A stretch of 64,000 nucleotides of DNA from Takakia lepidozioides (taxonomy: Eukaryota > Plantae > Bryophyta). Positions 47,346 through 59,956 of this stretch are shown here, one piece after another. The notes beneath the pieces were generated by a model. The model was not told the DNA's origin, searched no databases, and saw only the letters and a program-made list of their open reading frames with translations. The stretch spans positions 42,656,001 through 42,720,000 of the forward strand of contig CM060734.1 in the NCBI GenBank assembly GCA_030704615.1, read 5' to 3'. Numbering within the stretch: the stretch's first letter is position 1; each line of letters begins with the position of its first letter. The position numbers and the translations under genes were made by a program.

Positions 47346-50300
47346 AACCTCCACTGGGCAGTCACCATATTATTATTCATCCATCCGTAGAATCACTTTG
47401 TCATCTACAGAGTGCTTATTCATTATCCATTGTTCATCCATGTGGTTTATTTCATCAACAGATATCATCCAACCTCCACTGCCCAGTGGAGGTTGGCAAT
47501 TGTGACTTCATCTGACAGTTCCGATAGATGTAGTCTATACTCCGCCCTCATACTCCAATTTAATTCCAAATGTTTTTTATCAGTCCCAGTGTAGATTTAA
47601 ACATTGACTTTACTTTTTCAATCCATATTGTTTTCTCATTCAAAACCGTCGAAAAAGTTATTCTTAAAGTTTCTCCTTTCGGTGGCAAGTCATTCTTTCC
47701 TTCAGTTAATCTTCAGTCCAGTAATAGGATTTTATTGGACCTCCACTGCCCAGTGGAGGTTACTAACTTCATGGGGTTCCAAGTAGGCCAAAGGGTGTTT
47801 TTGTCGCTTCCTGAATCTCCTTCAGTTGTTGCCTCAGGAGATTGCCTGAATGTTTCTGGGGATGGAACTTGCCACGGACACCACTTGTGTTCGTCCACCA
47901 TTTCAGTTACCCTGATCTTTTGTGATGACGCATTCGGCTCTTGTCCTCTGCCTTATCGACACATGAATGCTGACACATTGAAGGAGACGATTGGGACTCC
48001 AGTTGTGTGGGATGTGTCATGTGTTCGCACGCATGAAACTGTGGATTCATCATCCCCGAGAAACCCAGGATGTCATTCCATCACAGAAGGTGGTGATTAT
48101 CAAGGACAAAGCACTGAAAGCAATGATATTCCGTCCAACGGTGAGACTGGGGGGGATTTGCCTGCAGGTCTGGGGAGAGAATGTTGGAGAAACTTGCAGT
48201 GTCTTCTTCGTGGGGAGGACGGAAACGCCCTATTCGAAGGCCGAATTCAAGCATGCATTCCTAACGAGATCATTCTGAATGACAAACTTGGAGAGGACGA
48301 TGTTGGGGTTGTGGTCACCAGAACAATCTCTGGAGAGTCCGGTTCACTGATGTCGATTGTGAAATGGCCGTTAACAAAAACAAGACTTCTTGAAAATGAC
48401 CGGATACTCTCCGTTGATCTCGAAAATTTCCTACGATCATGCAGTGACATGGAGAATGACGACCATGGTACAGGCGTATTGAAAGCAGCATACAGGCATT
48501 TTACTAGGAAGAAAAATCCATCCAATATGGAGGACTAAAAAAAGTGCAGGAAAAATCTTACTTTGGATGAAGTGAGGTCGGTGAGCAGCAAACCTTGCTG
48601 CAAGCTTCAGTGCTGCCAGTATTTTGATTGGAGAAAAACCTTGGCAATTCGTACTGCATTTTGGGGTTCGTCACTCGATGAGAGGAGAGAACTTGGATTG
48701 AATGTTTGAAAATGACTTCACATTATGGATGGGTCATCGCGCAGGTCATATGTTATGATAGAAGGTGTTGATGTTTGTGAGAAAGCATGGTGGATAATAC
48801 ACGGAATTGGAATGTCAACTTACGTGGAGTACAAAAAGCTCAGTAAAGAGGGCTGTTTGTCATCTTAATCGTGGCGTCAAGCGGCCGCGACCAGGGACAC
48901 TCCAGGCAGAGGGGAACATTATGTCCATTATCAATGCCAATACTGACCTTATGCCTCACAAAACACGTTGCATTGGAGAGGGACGTCGGGATACTTTGAG
49001 AATTTTGCCACCCGAAATCAACTGGAAGAGAATTCGAGAGGAGTCCAACGAGGTGACTTTTATTCGTTGTCCCTTTTCGTTTTTCAAAATACTATGGATG
49101 ATTTTATTCATTTTGATGCCATCATGATTTCTTGTTCTTCCACTTTGTAGAACCTCCACTGCCCAGTGGACGTTGACATTGTTGGGGAGTTGGGGTGCAG
49201 ACAAACAGACTGCTCGGTTAAAAAGGAGTCTCGCAGCCAGCTATAAACCGTATACGGAATCGAATATTTCCTAATGTGGAGGTTCGGAAAACAGGAAGCA
49301 CTTTTGCTAAGTGCATAGAATGCGAGATGTTCAAGGACTTGATCAAGAAGTCGATTAAGAGGAGTTCCGAACAGGTCGCACATAAGCGGGCGCTTGATTT
49401 GCACTTGAGGCATCAAGAGTCATGCAGAAGGCTGTACCATAGCTGGAGGAATGAGTCCGTTATGGTTCCGGAGGAGTTCCTATGTATTATTCATGATAAG
49501 ATGGATCATAGGAAAACGATTATTCCAAGGCTACAGACGATGAACAAGATGGTCTCCGGATTGGGTCAGTTGCATGTCTCATTGACAGGAATGGTTACAC
49601 ACGGACACAAAGATGGAGCTTACGCTCAATTTTCCCTTGAGTTCTGGAAATGCAATTCAAACTTCACAATTGGGTCGCTGGCTCGGTGCCTGCGCCAACT
49701 GGAAAAGCCGACATGCCGAGAATCCAGGAATATTTTCAACACTAAAGTTCAAAATGATTTTTTTGAAACGCTCATGAGAGGTAAATCGAGATGTTTGGAG
49801 GCTCTGAAACCTTGCAGGCCGCACGAAAAACGTGGTGCTCGACCACTTCCTAGACGACTTTATTTGCAGATTGACAACTCCTCCAAGGACAATAAGAATA
49901 GATGGATGTTTGTTTTCCTATCCCTCCTCACTGCCAAAGATGTCTTTGAAGACATCCAGCTTGGTTTTCTCATGGTCGGGCACACCCATGAGGATATTGA
50001 CGGATTCTTTAGCTATCTCTCGAAGAAGCTAAAGAAACGCAGCACCTACATTCTTCCGGATTTGATGAGGTCATTCATGATCTCCCAAGATATGCAATTC
50101 ATTCCTCAAATCACACAGGAGGTTCCCGACTTCAAGAAGTTTGTTAAGGGTTGTATTCATGATGGAAAGGAGGCTTTGGTCGGGATCTCAGAGATGCACG
50201 TCTTTCAATTTTTTAAGGATGCGGATGGCTAGCCCGTTATGAAGTACAAGAAGTCAGCTACTGATTCGGAGTGGCTTCCTACAAACTCCAGCGTTAAGAT

Positions 50301-51275
50301 GTGGAAGTCCAATCTTGATGGGACTCCATATCTCCCTGAAGGAGAACCAGATGCCGTTCCAAGAAGTCCGATATGGGGAGTCGGGGTCGACTCCTCAGAA
50401 AAACAATCATTCATAAAAAATGGTATTAAGAAATACAGAGATTTTTGGACCAAAGGAATGTTGCTTGTCGATCATTACCGGGGTGTGATGGAACAATATG
50501 ACCAATACTGGGGAAATATTCTCGCTGAACTTGATAAGCCAATGCAGGACATTCCGGATCGTATTCAGCTTCTTGAGGGATTTTGGCCGAAAACAAATTG
50601 GTCCTCAAACCATCGGAGGGATGGGATCCAACCACAAATACTGGAAGATATGGAAGATGAGGATGAAGTTCCATAACCTTACTGTGGCCCTAGGTGTGAG
50701 CGTCCAAGGATACCCTTGAATCCGTTCAAGGATATTGAGAAAGGGTTTTTTATGCTCGTTCGCCCTCATGACCCAACGACGTGCCCGGTCTGGATGGGAA
50801 TGGCAATTTCAGATGTCATCCGAGAAAGGGAAGATCCTAATTTTAAGAAAGTGAAGGTGGAGTGGTGGAGACCGAGAAAGGAGGTAACCCCTCAGACTTT
50901 GAGAGGTACAGGGACTGTTGGTCAAAAGTTTGGGAGTACAACCCATCAGATCCTGTTCAATGGATCCACGTGAACAATGTCGTGTGGAAAATGCCGCCAT
51001 GAAAAAATACGACAAGAAATAGCACCAAGACAATTACAGCGGTGGAAGCAGTGAAGGCGCGCGAATTTGGAGCTTGCTAACCTTTAGCCAGATACCTGAA
51101 GGTTTCCTTCTTGCAAACCATTTTCCATCCACGGACTAAATGTTGAGGTTATTTCCGGTCTTTCATTTTAAGATATAAAAATTTATTTACGCTTCTTTCC
51201 CTTCGTGTTTGCTTTGGGTGATCCTTTCTGTCTTCTTTTTCTGTCGCAATGAACCTCGAGTGGGCAGTGGACGTT
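47346..51275. repeat. Dispersed 24-bp palindrome AACCTCCACTG-NN-CAGTGGAGGTT, right arm of the Sola-like element
   Basis: Copies start at 47346 (partial), 47471, 47738, 49151 and 51252. Confidence 0.9.
47771..51085 (+). pseudogene. Sola-like (DUF7869-type) DDD transposase with stops and frameshifts
   Basis: FAKCIEC...H; LCIIHDKMD; LYLQIDNSSKDNKN; FLMVGHTHEDIDGFFS. N-terminal VASG...CHG...LPY...IGTPVVW domain. C-terminal PVWMG...KVEWWRP domain. Confidence 0.8.
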
Positions 51276-51464
51276 CATCTATTTTCTTTCTGCCGTGTTG
51301 GACTCTGCACTGCTGTGCATTCTATTCATCTACATATATTCGTTACATGGGGGATTCTGGCTTACAAAACAGACAATGCACCCAAAAAAAAAATGCTGGC
51401 ACAACCCTTGGATTCTTTCTTTTCCAATCCGGTCTAAATGTTTTTTTGCAATGTCTCGTTCTAG

Positions 51465-53450
51465 TGAGTGCGAGTCTTCTATATTTGTTTGTCCATTTAT
51501 ACCTTTACCATCACCTCTAAATCCTTACCCTTCGTTTTACCCTTCCCTTAACCCTTCCATAGGCTTAAGCCGGACACTTAGTACCCTAAACTATTACTCT
51601 TACCATATACCAAAAACCTTTGTGTACTCCCATAAATCCAAACCCTAAACCCTTACCCTGGCCTTAATCCTTACCCTAAGATTAAGCTTGACACTTACTA
51701 CCTTAAGCCATTACTCTTACCATATACCAAAAACCAGGTTAGTGTACTACCCTACTTACACTCCAAACCAAGTTATTGTACTACCATGTGTGAGTCTTCT
51801 ATATTTGTTTGTCCCTTCGAACTACCCTAAATCCAAACCCTAAATCCTTACCCATTCCTTTACCCTGGCCTTAATCCTTACCCTAAGCTTAAGCCTGACA
51901 CTTACTACCCTAAACCATTAGTACTCTTACCATAATATACCAAAAACCAGGTTAGTGTGTAACTACCCTACTTACATTCCAAACCAAGTTATTGTATTAC
52001 CATGTGTGAGTCTTCCATATTTGTTTGTCCCTTTCTACCCTAAATCCAAACCCTAAACCCTTACCCTTCCTTTTACCCTGGCCTTAATCCTTACCCTAAG
52101 CTTAAGCCTGACACTTACTACCCTAAACCATTAGTACTCTTACCATAATATACCAAAAACCAGGTTAGTGTGTAACTACCCTACATTACAACAGATCGCG
52201 GTAGTTATGACTGCCAAACCGTGGTAGTCATGGTTTTCATGACTTTGACCATGACTGCACCATGTTTTTATATGAAATTGACCTCCCGCAGTCGTTCATA
52301 CGGCTGTAGTCATATGAACGACTATCTAAATAGTCGTCTGTATGATTACATGGCTTCGGAATGGGCGGAAGGCTGGTCAACGACAATTGACCAGATTTAG
52401 CTCACCATTCATAGTCATTTCCATGACTACAGTGTACATGGATGAGGTTACATAGTCATGATGACTACTGGGGATTTTGTAATTTGGTGTGTATAATACA
52501 ATTAAAACACCATATGATCATATGAATGACTAATGGGTGTATTGGTTAATAGGTAGTGAACTATAACTCTTATAGTAAAGAGGTTACAGGTTCAAACTCC
52601 TCTAAGTACAATTAAATGGATAAGATGGCCCTAGGGTTAGTAGGCGAGCTAGGGATAGCACATGGTACCCTAGATAGATTGCCACGTGGTTTTTTCATTA
52701 TTATAAAATGCATTATGCCACGTAGCACAATGCGGCGCGACGCGGCATTTGACATTTTTTTTAATTTTTTAATTTAATTTTTTAAATCAATTGCGCCTCG
52801 TCACGTGGCGCGGCAGCGGCGGCTGCAGTATGGTATATATGACTGCAGTGAGAGATATCACTTGGTTCACATGACTATAGTCATCCGGACCGTACCATCT
52901 TGTACTCATTTTATTGACTTGGTTTGCACGACTTACAGTCATAGAAGTCATATGTACCATTTATGACTGCAGAATAGTCATATATACAGTCATAAATACC
53001 GCGATCTGTTGTAGTGCTACTTACACTCCAAACCAAGTTATTGTACTACCATGTGTGAGTCTTCCATATTTGTTTGTCCCTTTCTACCCTAAATCCAAAC
53101 CCTAAACCCTTACCCTTCCCTTTACCCTTCCCTTAATAATCCTTTACCCAAGCTTAAGCGTGACCCTTAGCACCCTAAGCCATTACTTTTACTATATACC
53201 AAAAACCTTAGTGTAGTACCCTACTTATAATAAACTCCAAACTTTTTTGTACTACCATGTTACCTCTTGTAAAATTTGTATCATTCTCTTAATGTTTTCT
53301 TTAATTTTCAAGTTTGATAACATATGATAGAATGATTACATGGATATCAAATTCCCCTTACATTTTTACATTCTACAGAGGTTTAGAGTCGTCCATATTT
53401 GTTTCTCTCTTTCTATCCTAAACCCTTTAAAACCCTAAACCCTTCTCCGA
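51465..53450. repeat. Subterminal satellite (about 217-bp unit) rich in telomere-like CCCTAAA/CCCTTA motifs
   Basis: Marker GAGTCTTC(T/C)ATATTTGTTTGTCC recurs near 51472, 51792, 52008 and 53057, with a degenerate copy near 53386. Confidence 0.85.
52184..53016. mobile_element. 833-bp non-autonomous CACTA element
   Basis: TIRs CA(T/C)TACAACAGATCGCGGTA. 3-bp TSD CTA at 52181-52183 and 53017-53019. Subterminal ATGACT/AGTCAT repeats. Splits one satellite unit. Confidence 0.92.
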
Positions 53451-54593
53451 GTCACCACAAACTTGGACCTTATTGCACTTAATATATCTAGTTACACCCC
53501 AAACCTTATTTTACTGCCCTAGTAGGTCATCTTCCTAATGTTCACGCTATTTTAATATTTTACTACCCTTCTCACACCCAAAACATCATTCCAATGGCGT
53601 TGTCTATGAATATTGTGCCTGTCAACATGAAGATTCAATCAAAATTACTATCAACTTATATCAAGTATGGTAGAGTACTATGAGTCTATCCCATGTTCGA
53701 TTCGACACATTTGTTTATCATGATTGTAACATAATGTAATATTACATCATTCGACTTCCCAATCGACGTTCAATGAATTGTTGAGTTACACTGCAACTTC
53801 ACAAGCACTTCAATGTCAAATGGACATCTTATATGTTACATTTTGAAGCAAGTATGACATCACTTGTAATTTCACAAAGTTCAATCACACATTACTATCC
53901 AAGATATTATTAACAAATTTTGAATTAATTTTAATTCAAATACATATTAAGTTTGGTCCGGATTTAAGCCAAAAGTCCAGAATTAGTTAAAATAGGGTTT
54001 CCACCAAGATCTTCAAGAGATCTCAGCCATCCACCGTGGGAAAAAGAACCCTCTGTCTTTACGCAAGGAAAGTCTCCCCCCGCCATCGGCCCACCTTGGT
54101 GCTCGGGTTGTATTGCCCGAGGCTACACCCTCAGACTACTCCCTTCACACCGCAGTAAGCCCTCAGAGTGGGGACTTAGAGCATCTCCACGATGACACTC
54201 TATCTGCCTAAAAACGGCAATCTGGGGTGGCAGGGTCCTAAAAAAGCCGCGGGGGTTGCTCCACGGTTGCCTCTGCCATGTAGAATTGCTGCAGGCTCCC
54301 GCCTCAATTTTGCCTCCCGCATTGCACTTTTGCCAAACATAAAGGGACCCCACCAACCACTGTACATTAAATTTGTGAGATCAAGAGATATGATGTCATA
54401 GTTCAACGCTCCAAGATTGTGATCGGGCAGCAGACCTGCATTGGGGCTATCTCTGTCGTGTCTGCTACTGTCCCAACCATGGAGTGCCAACCAAACCTTC
54501 CCCGTAAAAACTACCATCTCCCCTGTAACCAGGGTATATGACGTTTGACGGCCCAGCTCACCGTGGAGATGCTCTTACCCTATACAAAAAGCA

Positions 54594-55790
54594 CTACTGG
54601 ATTGCCATGGGCCAATGTCCATTTGAAGACAAATTCACATGAAAAAAGCTGATCAGTATGCTATCATGAATTACATGTTGAAATTGGAGAAGCTTCCCAA
54701 ATGTTGTGGAGATAAAATATCTTTGACTACTCAACAATTGGGCCAGCTCTATCCTGATTGATTGAATGATGATGGCAGTATCATCCCTCTCCTTGCTTTT
54801 GGGCACAAGACTGACCAGGATGTTGGGCTCCTTCTCGAGCCCAAGCTGCTTCAGCTTTGAGTTGATGCCTACCTTGAAGGAATGATCACGGCTAGGAGTA
54901 TGTTCTAGGGAATTTCCAATAGTCCGAGAGGGATAGAAAGCGCCTGCATATTCGGTACAGCTCAAGGGTGCATGCTCATCCGCCTGGGGCAAATTCAAAA
55001 ACAAGACAAACCCTACTAGTCTACCTGATGGTATCTTTATGCCTTCAATGGCAAGGACCTCTTCTTGAAATCCTGGTTGTTTCGTGGTTTGGATGATAAT
55101 GGCCACTGGCCTTGAGATGTGAGCTTGGAAAACTGCGCGAGTAAGAGTAATGTTTCTACTATGCAAAATTTCTGGTCCTCGTGTGGCGATCAAATCACAA
55201 TCCTTAGTTGTTCACTCTGTTTGCCATGAAGGGACGATGAACCTTGCAAGCTTGGCTATGCCGCTCATGAGTTGCTCCCAAAACTCTGGAGCACAATCTG
55301 AAGACACTGAAACTGGAGCTGGCTTGGTGCTCAGAGGGGTAGAATTGAACGAGAGCCAGTCATTCTCTACCTCTTCGTACTTGTAGCAAAAAATTTCCAT
55401 ATCAAAAGAGTCTGCTACCTGTACAAATCAGCAAGTATCTTCACTGTTACTTGACCGTTCCAGATTTTGCCGAAAGTTGTGAACTCGCACTTTGTAGACG
55501 TAGATGCACGTATTAAGATTCAGTGAGGGCAGGCGAGATACGAAAACCGACCTTCACACGAACAAGATCAGCGTTTTCATCGTAGAAGAGAAACTCCGAG
55601 TCGAGCCAGTCGGGGTCAGTAAGGTCGCCACGTTGACCTCCTGGCAGGTTCTTCCAGAACTCCCACAAACGGTCCACATTGGTGTGATGTGCAAAGAAAA
55701 GGGGATCTTTTGATGACAAATAGCATGAGCCCAAGTCCTCAGACACCTCCCTCTCATCTCCTGCCCCCCACATGTACGCAGAAATCAAGT
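54594..55790 (-). pseudogene. PPO: Polyphenol oxidase, 5'-truncated pseudogene
   Basis: EDLG...SKDPLFFAHHTNVDRLW (CuB); DPDWLDSEFLFYDENADLVRVKV (DWL); intron 55419-55551; EEVLAIEGI...FLNL...EYAGAF (KFDV domain). Stop at 55212. CuA half absent. Confidence 0.9.
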
Positions 55791-56269
55791 AAATCGTGGC
55801 CACTACAACCGATTGTACTATATCCTCTTATTGTGTACCACCGTCATTGCATTTGTGACGGCCCTCGGAGGAAGAGGTTACTCTGAGGTTAGATCTAAAA
55901 ATCTAGGATCACGAAACAAATTGCATGGACGCCTTCCAAGACTTACAAACAAAAACTCTCCTTACTCCTTTAGACGTTCAATGCGACATGACCTTACGTA
56001 CTATCAGCACGGTCGAAACACAGTTACGCTCTGGAACTCCTCTCGACCGTACGATCAATTAGCATCAACGGGTACCTGCTCTCGATTGTAGGGTTTCATA
56101 GGGATAATCTCAGACAGTGGAGAACACGGGTGACTTTGGAGAACACCGGTTACGCTCTGGAATGGGCCCTACCGGGGCGTTCCATAGTACGTGTCAAGCC
56201 CACAATCAGTTTTTGCAACACGTGTCAATCCCCAAAACTCATACTTGCCCAAAAACGTACACTTGACAA

Positions 56270-58818
56270 TGTGTGAGTCTAGTTTGCGTCTATTATCCTT
56301 CTGTATTAGTGCAAAGGCTCTACAGCCAAAGACTTTCAAGTGTGATACATCAGGCTTTCACACCTGTCCATAACTCTATGGGTGTTTTGTTATTCTGTAG
56401 AGCTTTGGTTGGTGACCTATTATGCAGATATGTGGTAGCCATAAGAGCTTCACCCCAATAAACATTTGGCAAGTTAGCATGGTGTAGCATTGAAAGTACT
56501 ACTTCTACTAAGTTCATGTTTTTCCTCTCAGCCACCCCATTATGTTGTGGTGTCCCTGCTACTAGTAAACTGCCTCTGTATGCAATTCTCTTGACAGAAT
56601 AAATTAAACTCATTAGAAATGTATTTACCACCCCCTATCAGCCCTTAGAACTTTGTCTTCTTACTTAGCTGATTTTCAAACAATAACTTATACTGTTTAA
56701 ACCTCTCAAAGGCATTTGATTTTTGTTTTAACAAATAAACAATAGTAAACCTTGAAATATCGTCTAGAAGGGTGATGAAATATTTAAACCCATTGTGTGT
56801 GAGCGTTTGCATTGGTCCGCAAACGTCAGTATGTACGAGGCCTAACAGTTTAGTAGCTCTTGTGCCTCCCTCTACAGGGAATTTCTCTCGGTGTTGTTTT
56901 CCTAAGATGCAATCTCTACATAATGTTAGTTTCCTAACATCTATGGAATCCAACCCTTTAACCATTGAGTTCGATTGCATTTGTTGCATTCTATCTTGGT
57001 TTATATGACCTAATCTACAATGTCATAGGTCTGCCTCGTTAGTCTCTAAGACAGTTGGCATTGCCATGACTTGTGAGTTATGTAATGCAATTCCTAGCTT
57101 ATAGAGTCCGTTTTCTATGTCACATTTTGCTATGCTCGATATCCCTTGGAATTCTTCAGGTTGCAGCAACCTTCTTTTATGTTCATCTCTCCTCTAACTA
57201 GGTCTAATTGCTTAACATAAAATAAGTTCTTCTTGAGACTTGACACATGGAGTACGTCAGGTACCTCCCTTCGTTGTCCATTACACAATAACACAATGGC
57301 TGACCCTTGGCCTGCTATTTCATGTGTTGAGTCATCCCCTAAATTCCCTGTTTGCACTCTTTGTATGTCGCAAAAGTGTATATGTCATACGCCATGTGTT
57401 GTGTGGCTCCTGTGTCCACAAACCAAGTTGAATCTTTCCCTTTACTTATGATCATTGCTGCTACATAGAGCTGATTGCCTTCGACTGCAACATGTCCTTG
57501 TGTTGCTTGTTTGTTTGTTGCTTCGGCTGCAATCCTCTTCCGACAGTCCTTAATCATATGTTTGAACTTCTTATAGAAAAAACACTTGATTTTCTTCTTC
57601 TTTCCTTTATTTGAGTTTGATCCTTCGCCATCCTCTTTCTTCACACTACTTTTGTCCTCACTTTGCTTCTTCCTATTGAAACTATTATATATGTAGACTT
57701 CTATCCAAAATATAATGCAGTTTTTGAATCTGTAGTAGGTCCAAGACTCATCATTAAAGTTTCATCCTGAATTAAGTCTATAATTAAAGACTGTAGACTT
57801 ATATTCGGCTGTCTCCTAAAAGAGCCTATAAATGTCCGATAACTCATCGGCATGCTCCTCATTAGGGTTAAGACAACATCCTCGTCTGACACATGAGAAC
57901 CAGCAGTGGAAAGTTGTTCTAGCAAAGATTGGAAGACATGTATATTCTTAGTGACATTTTCATTCTTTTTCATTTCTAAAGTTTGAATTTTGTCTCTAAG
58001 GTACATTTTGGTTACTGCATCCTTTGATTCATATGACCTTGTCAACTCTCGGTATGCTTCAAAAGCTGATGTACACGACTATACATGGGACACTACACTA
58101 TTGTCCAAGCAGTTGTTAATTATGGTGAGTGAGAGAGCATCTCTCTCTTCCCAGTTCACTATACTCCCAACACCTGTGGCTGGAAGCACTTGCTGCCCAT
58201 CAGCAATCTGTGCTGTTGTGGGAGCTACTGGTTTTACCTCTGTCCCTATGACTAAAGCCCATAATTTTTGAGCTTTTAACAATAGTGTTACTCTATGTTT
58301 CCACATATGGAAGTATGTGTTGTCAAACTTAGGAATATTGCTCACATATATTTTTCAAGCCATTCCAGTTGCTCAATTTCAATTATCACTTTCCAAGAAG
58401 CATAAACATTACTGAATTCATGCCATCTCAGAACATGTGTTTTTCTATAAGAAACATAATTCTTCCACACTGATGCATCATGGAGAATTGTTAGTTCTCT
58501 CCTCCAAACTCTATCGACTCCTTCTAATTTCATTGTGTGTCGTAAAATTATTACTTTATTCTCATTAGTGACACTCTATGTCTCGAGCCACAACCATGGC
58601 TCTGATACCATGTGAAAACACTATCCAGAGTCAATGACACACAAAATCGTGTAAAACATAGAACTAGATTACATAGATATTAAATCAAGAGAGAAAGTGT
58701 TCACAAGAGAGATCTGCACTCTCCGTGTCTCGGCTGAGTTTGGTGGTTCTATATCTACTCAACTATTGAGCTTTGTGCCGTTCCACTAATCTAGTACATC
58801 CTACACTATACACTGACA
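56270..58818 (-). mobile_element. 5' part of a copia element (LTR, PBS, gag, protease, integrase)
   Basis: PBS TGGTATCAGAGCC at 58598-58610. gag 57701-58345; WFVDTGATQHM; HTDVCGPM; TPQHNGVAERKN. Confidence 0.88.
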
Positions 58819-58842
58819 GAGAATTATAGATGTATTGAGCAA

Positions 58843-59940
58843 TTGGCTTCAGTGGGGGTTACCTATACTGATGAAGATAAGGTTCAAATTCTTGGGAGTC
58901 TCCCTGATTCTTTTGATCCAATAGTCATGACTCTAGAGAACACCATAAGACTGACTTTTCAAGACGTGTCAGCCAGGTTAATGCAAGAAAATATGCGCCG
59001 AAATAAATCTAAGAATTCCACAAACAGTGAGGGAACCACAACATTGTATGTTGGCAAAAGACTTCCATACAAGGGTCAGTCCAATAAACCTCATGGTGCA
59101 GACACCAGCACCAAATTATACTTAGCAGGCCGGATTAGGCCAGAAAAAGATGGATCCTATGTAATTACTGCAAGAAACCGTATCACACCAAAAAGGGCGT
59201 ATGAAGTACTTAAGGGATCTCAAATCATGAAAGATCAAAGTTGGTCCAAACCAAGCAAGACAAGTCCCAAAAACCCATAAATTATTTATGACGTTTGTAT
59301 CCAGTGCAATAATTGTAGATAATTCGTGGTTCCTAGATTCGGGAGCCACAGACTATATGACCTCTCACAGAGAGTGGGTTTTTACTTATACCTTACATCT
59401 ACCTCGAGACAGAGTGTTTCTTGGAGATAATACCTCACATGATATTCATGGTCATGGTGATGTTGCGATCAGATTGTATAATGGAGAAGTAAAGATGATG
59501 GAGAAGATACTTCATGTTCTAGGTTTACATCGCAATCTAATTTCATTTTATAAGGTTGTAGCTGCTAGTAATACCGTAACATTTACGAATAAGTCAGTGT
59601 CTTTGGAAGGCCATGGTGGGCACTATACCATTCATCTTCACTCTCTTAATCATGGTTTATATAAGCTAGGCACCAATGATATGTTTTCATATTTATCATT
59701 GTTGCCCTTAATTTCAAAATCACTTGCATTGAGTACCATGATCAATTCCAAGAATGATACTTCTCCCATATGGCATCAATAATGTGGTCATGCCAATTTA
59801 TAAACAAAATTAAGGCTCATGCAAACTAATCAAGTTGTCCATGGTTTGAATGTGAATGCCTTGAGAGAGTTATCCTTTTGTCCGGGTTGTCTTTGTGGCA
59901 AACAAAAGCGACAAAAATTTCCTAAGGAGGGCAAGAAGAC
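58843..59940 (+). pseudogene. Copia gag-protease-GAG-pre-integrase fragment
   Basis: ILGSLPDSFD; WFLDSGATDYMT; IWHQ..GH; CPGCLCGKQKR. Confidence 0.8.
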
Positions 59941-59956
59941 CAGTTGTGTGTGTTTC

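Larger units (their letters stand above)
12243..53999 (+). mobile_element. Giant Sola-like DNA transposon (41,757 bp with nested insertions; about 17.7 kb core)
   Basis: TIRs AAC(A/C)CTATTTTAACTAATTCTGGACTTTTG at 12243-12272 and 53970-53999 (1 mismatch). TCCA duplicated at 12239-12242 and 54000-54003. Contains a DDD-type transposase. The superfamily call rests on the 4-bp TSD and motifs. Confidence 0.85.

Noticed and set aside
51465-53450. True or interstitial telomere tract
   Set aside because: No long perfect (CCCTAAA)n run; the motifs are embedded in a complex unit.
12062-54070. Small host MITE that received the Sola-like insertion
   Set aside because: Only weak inverted similarity (GTAAA...TTTTTCCC) and no TSD found.
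55851-56186. Solo LTR (TGTGACGGCC...GGGGCGTTCCA)
   Set aside because: No matching TSD and no second copy in the window.
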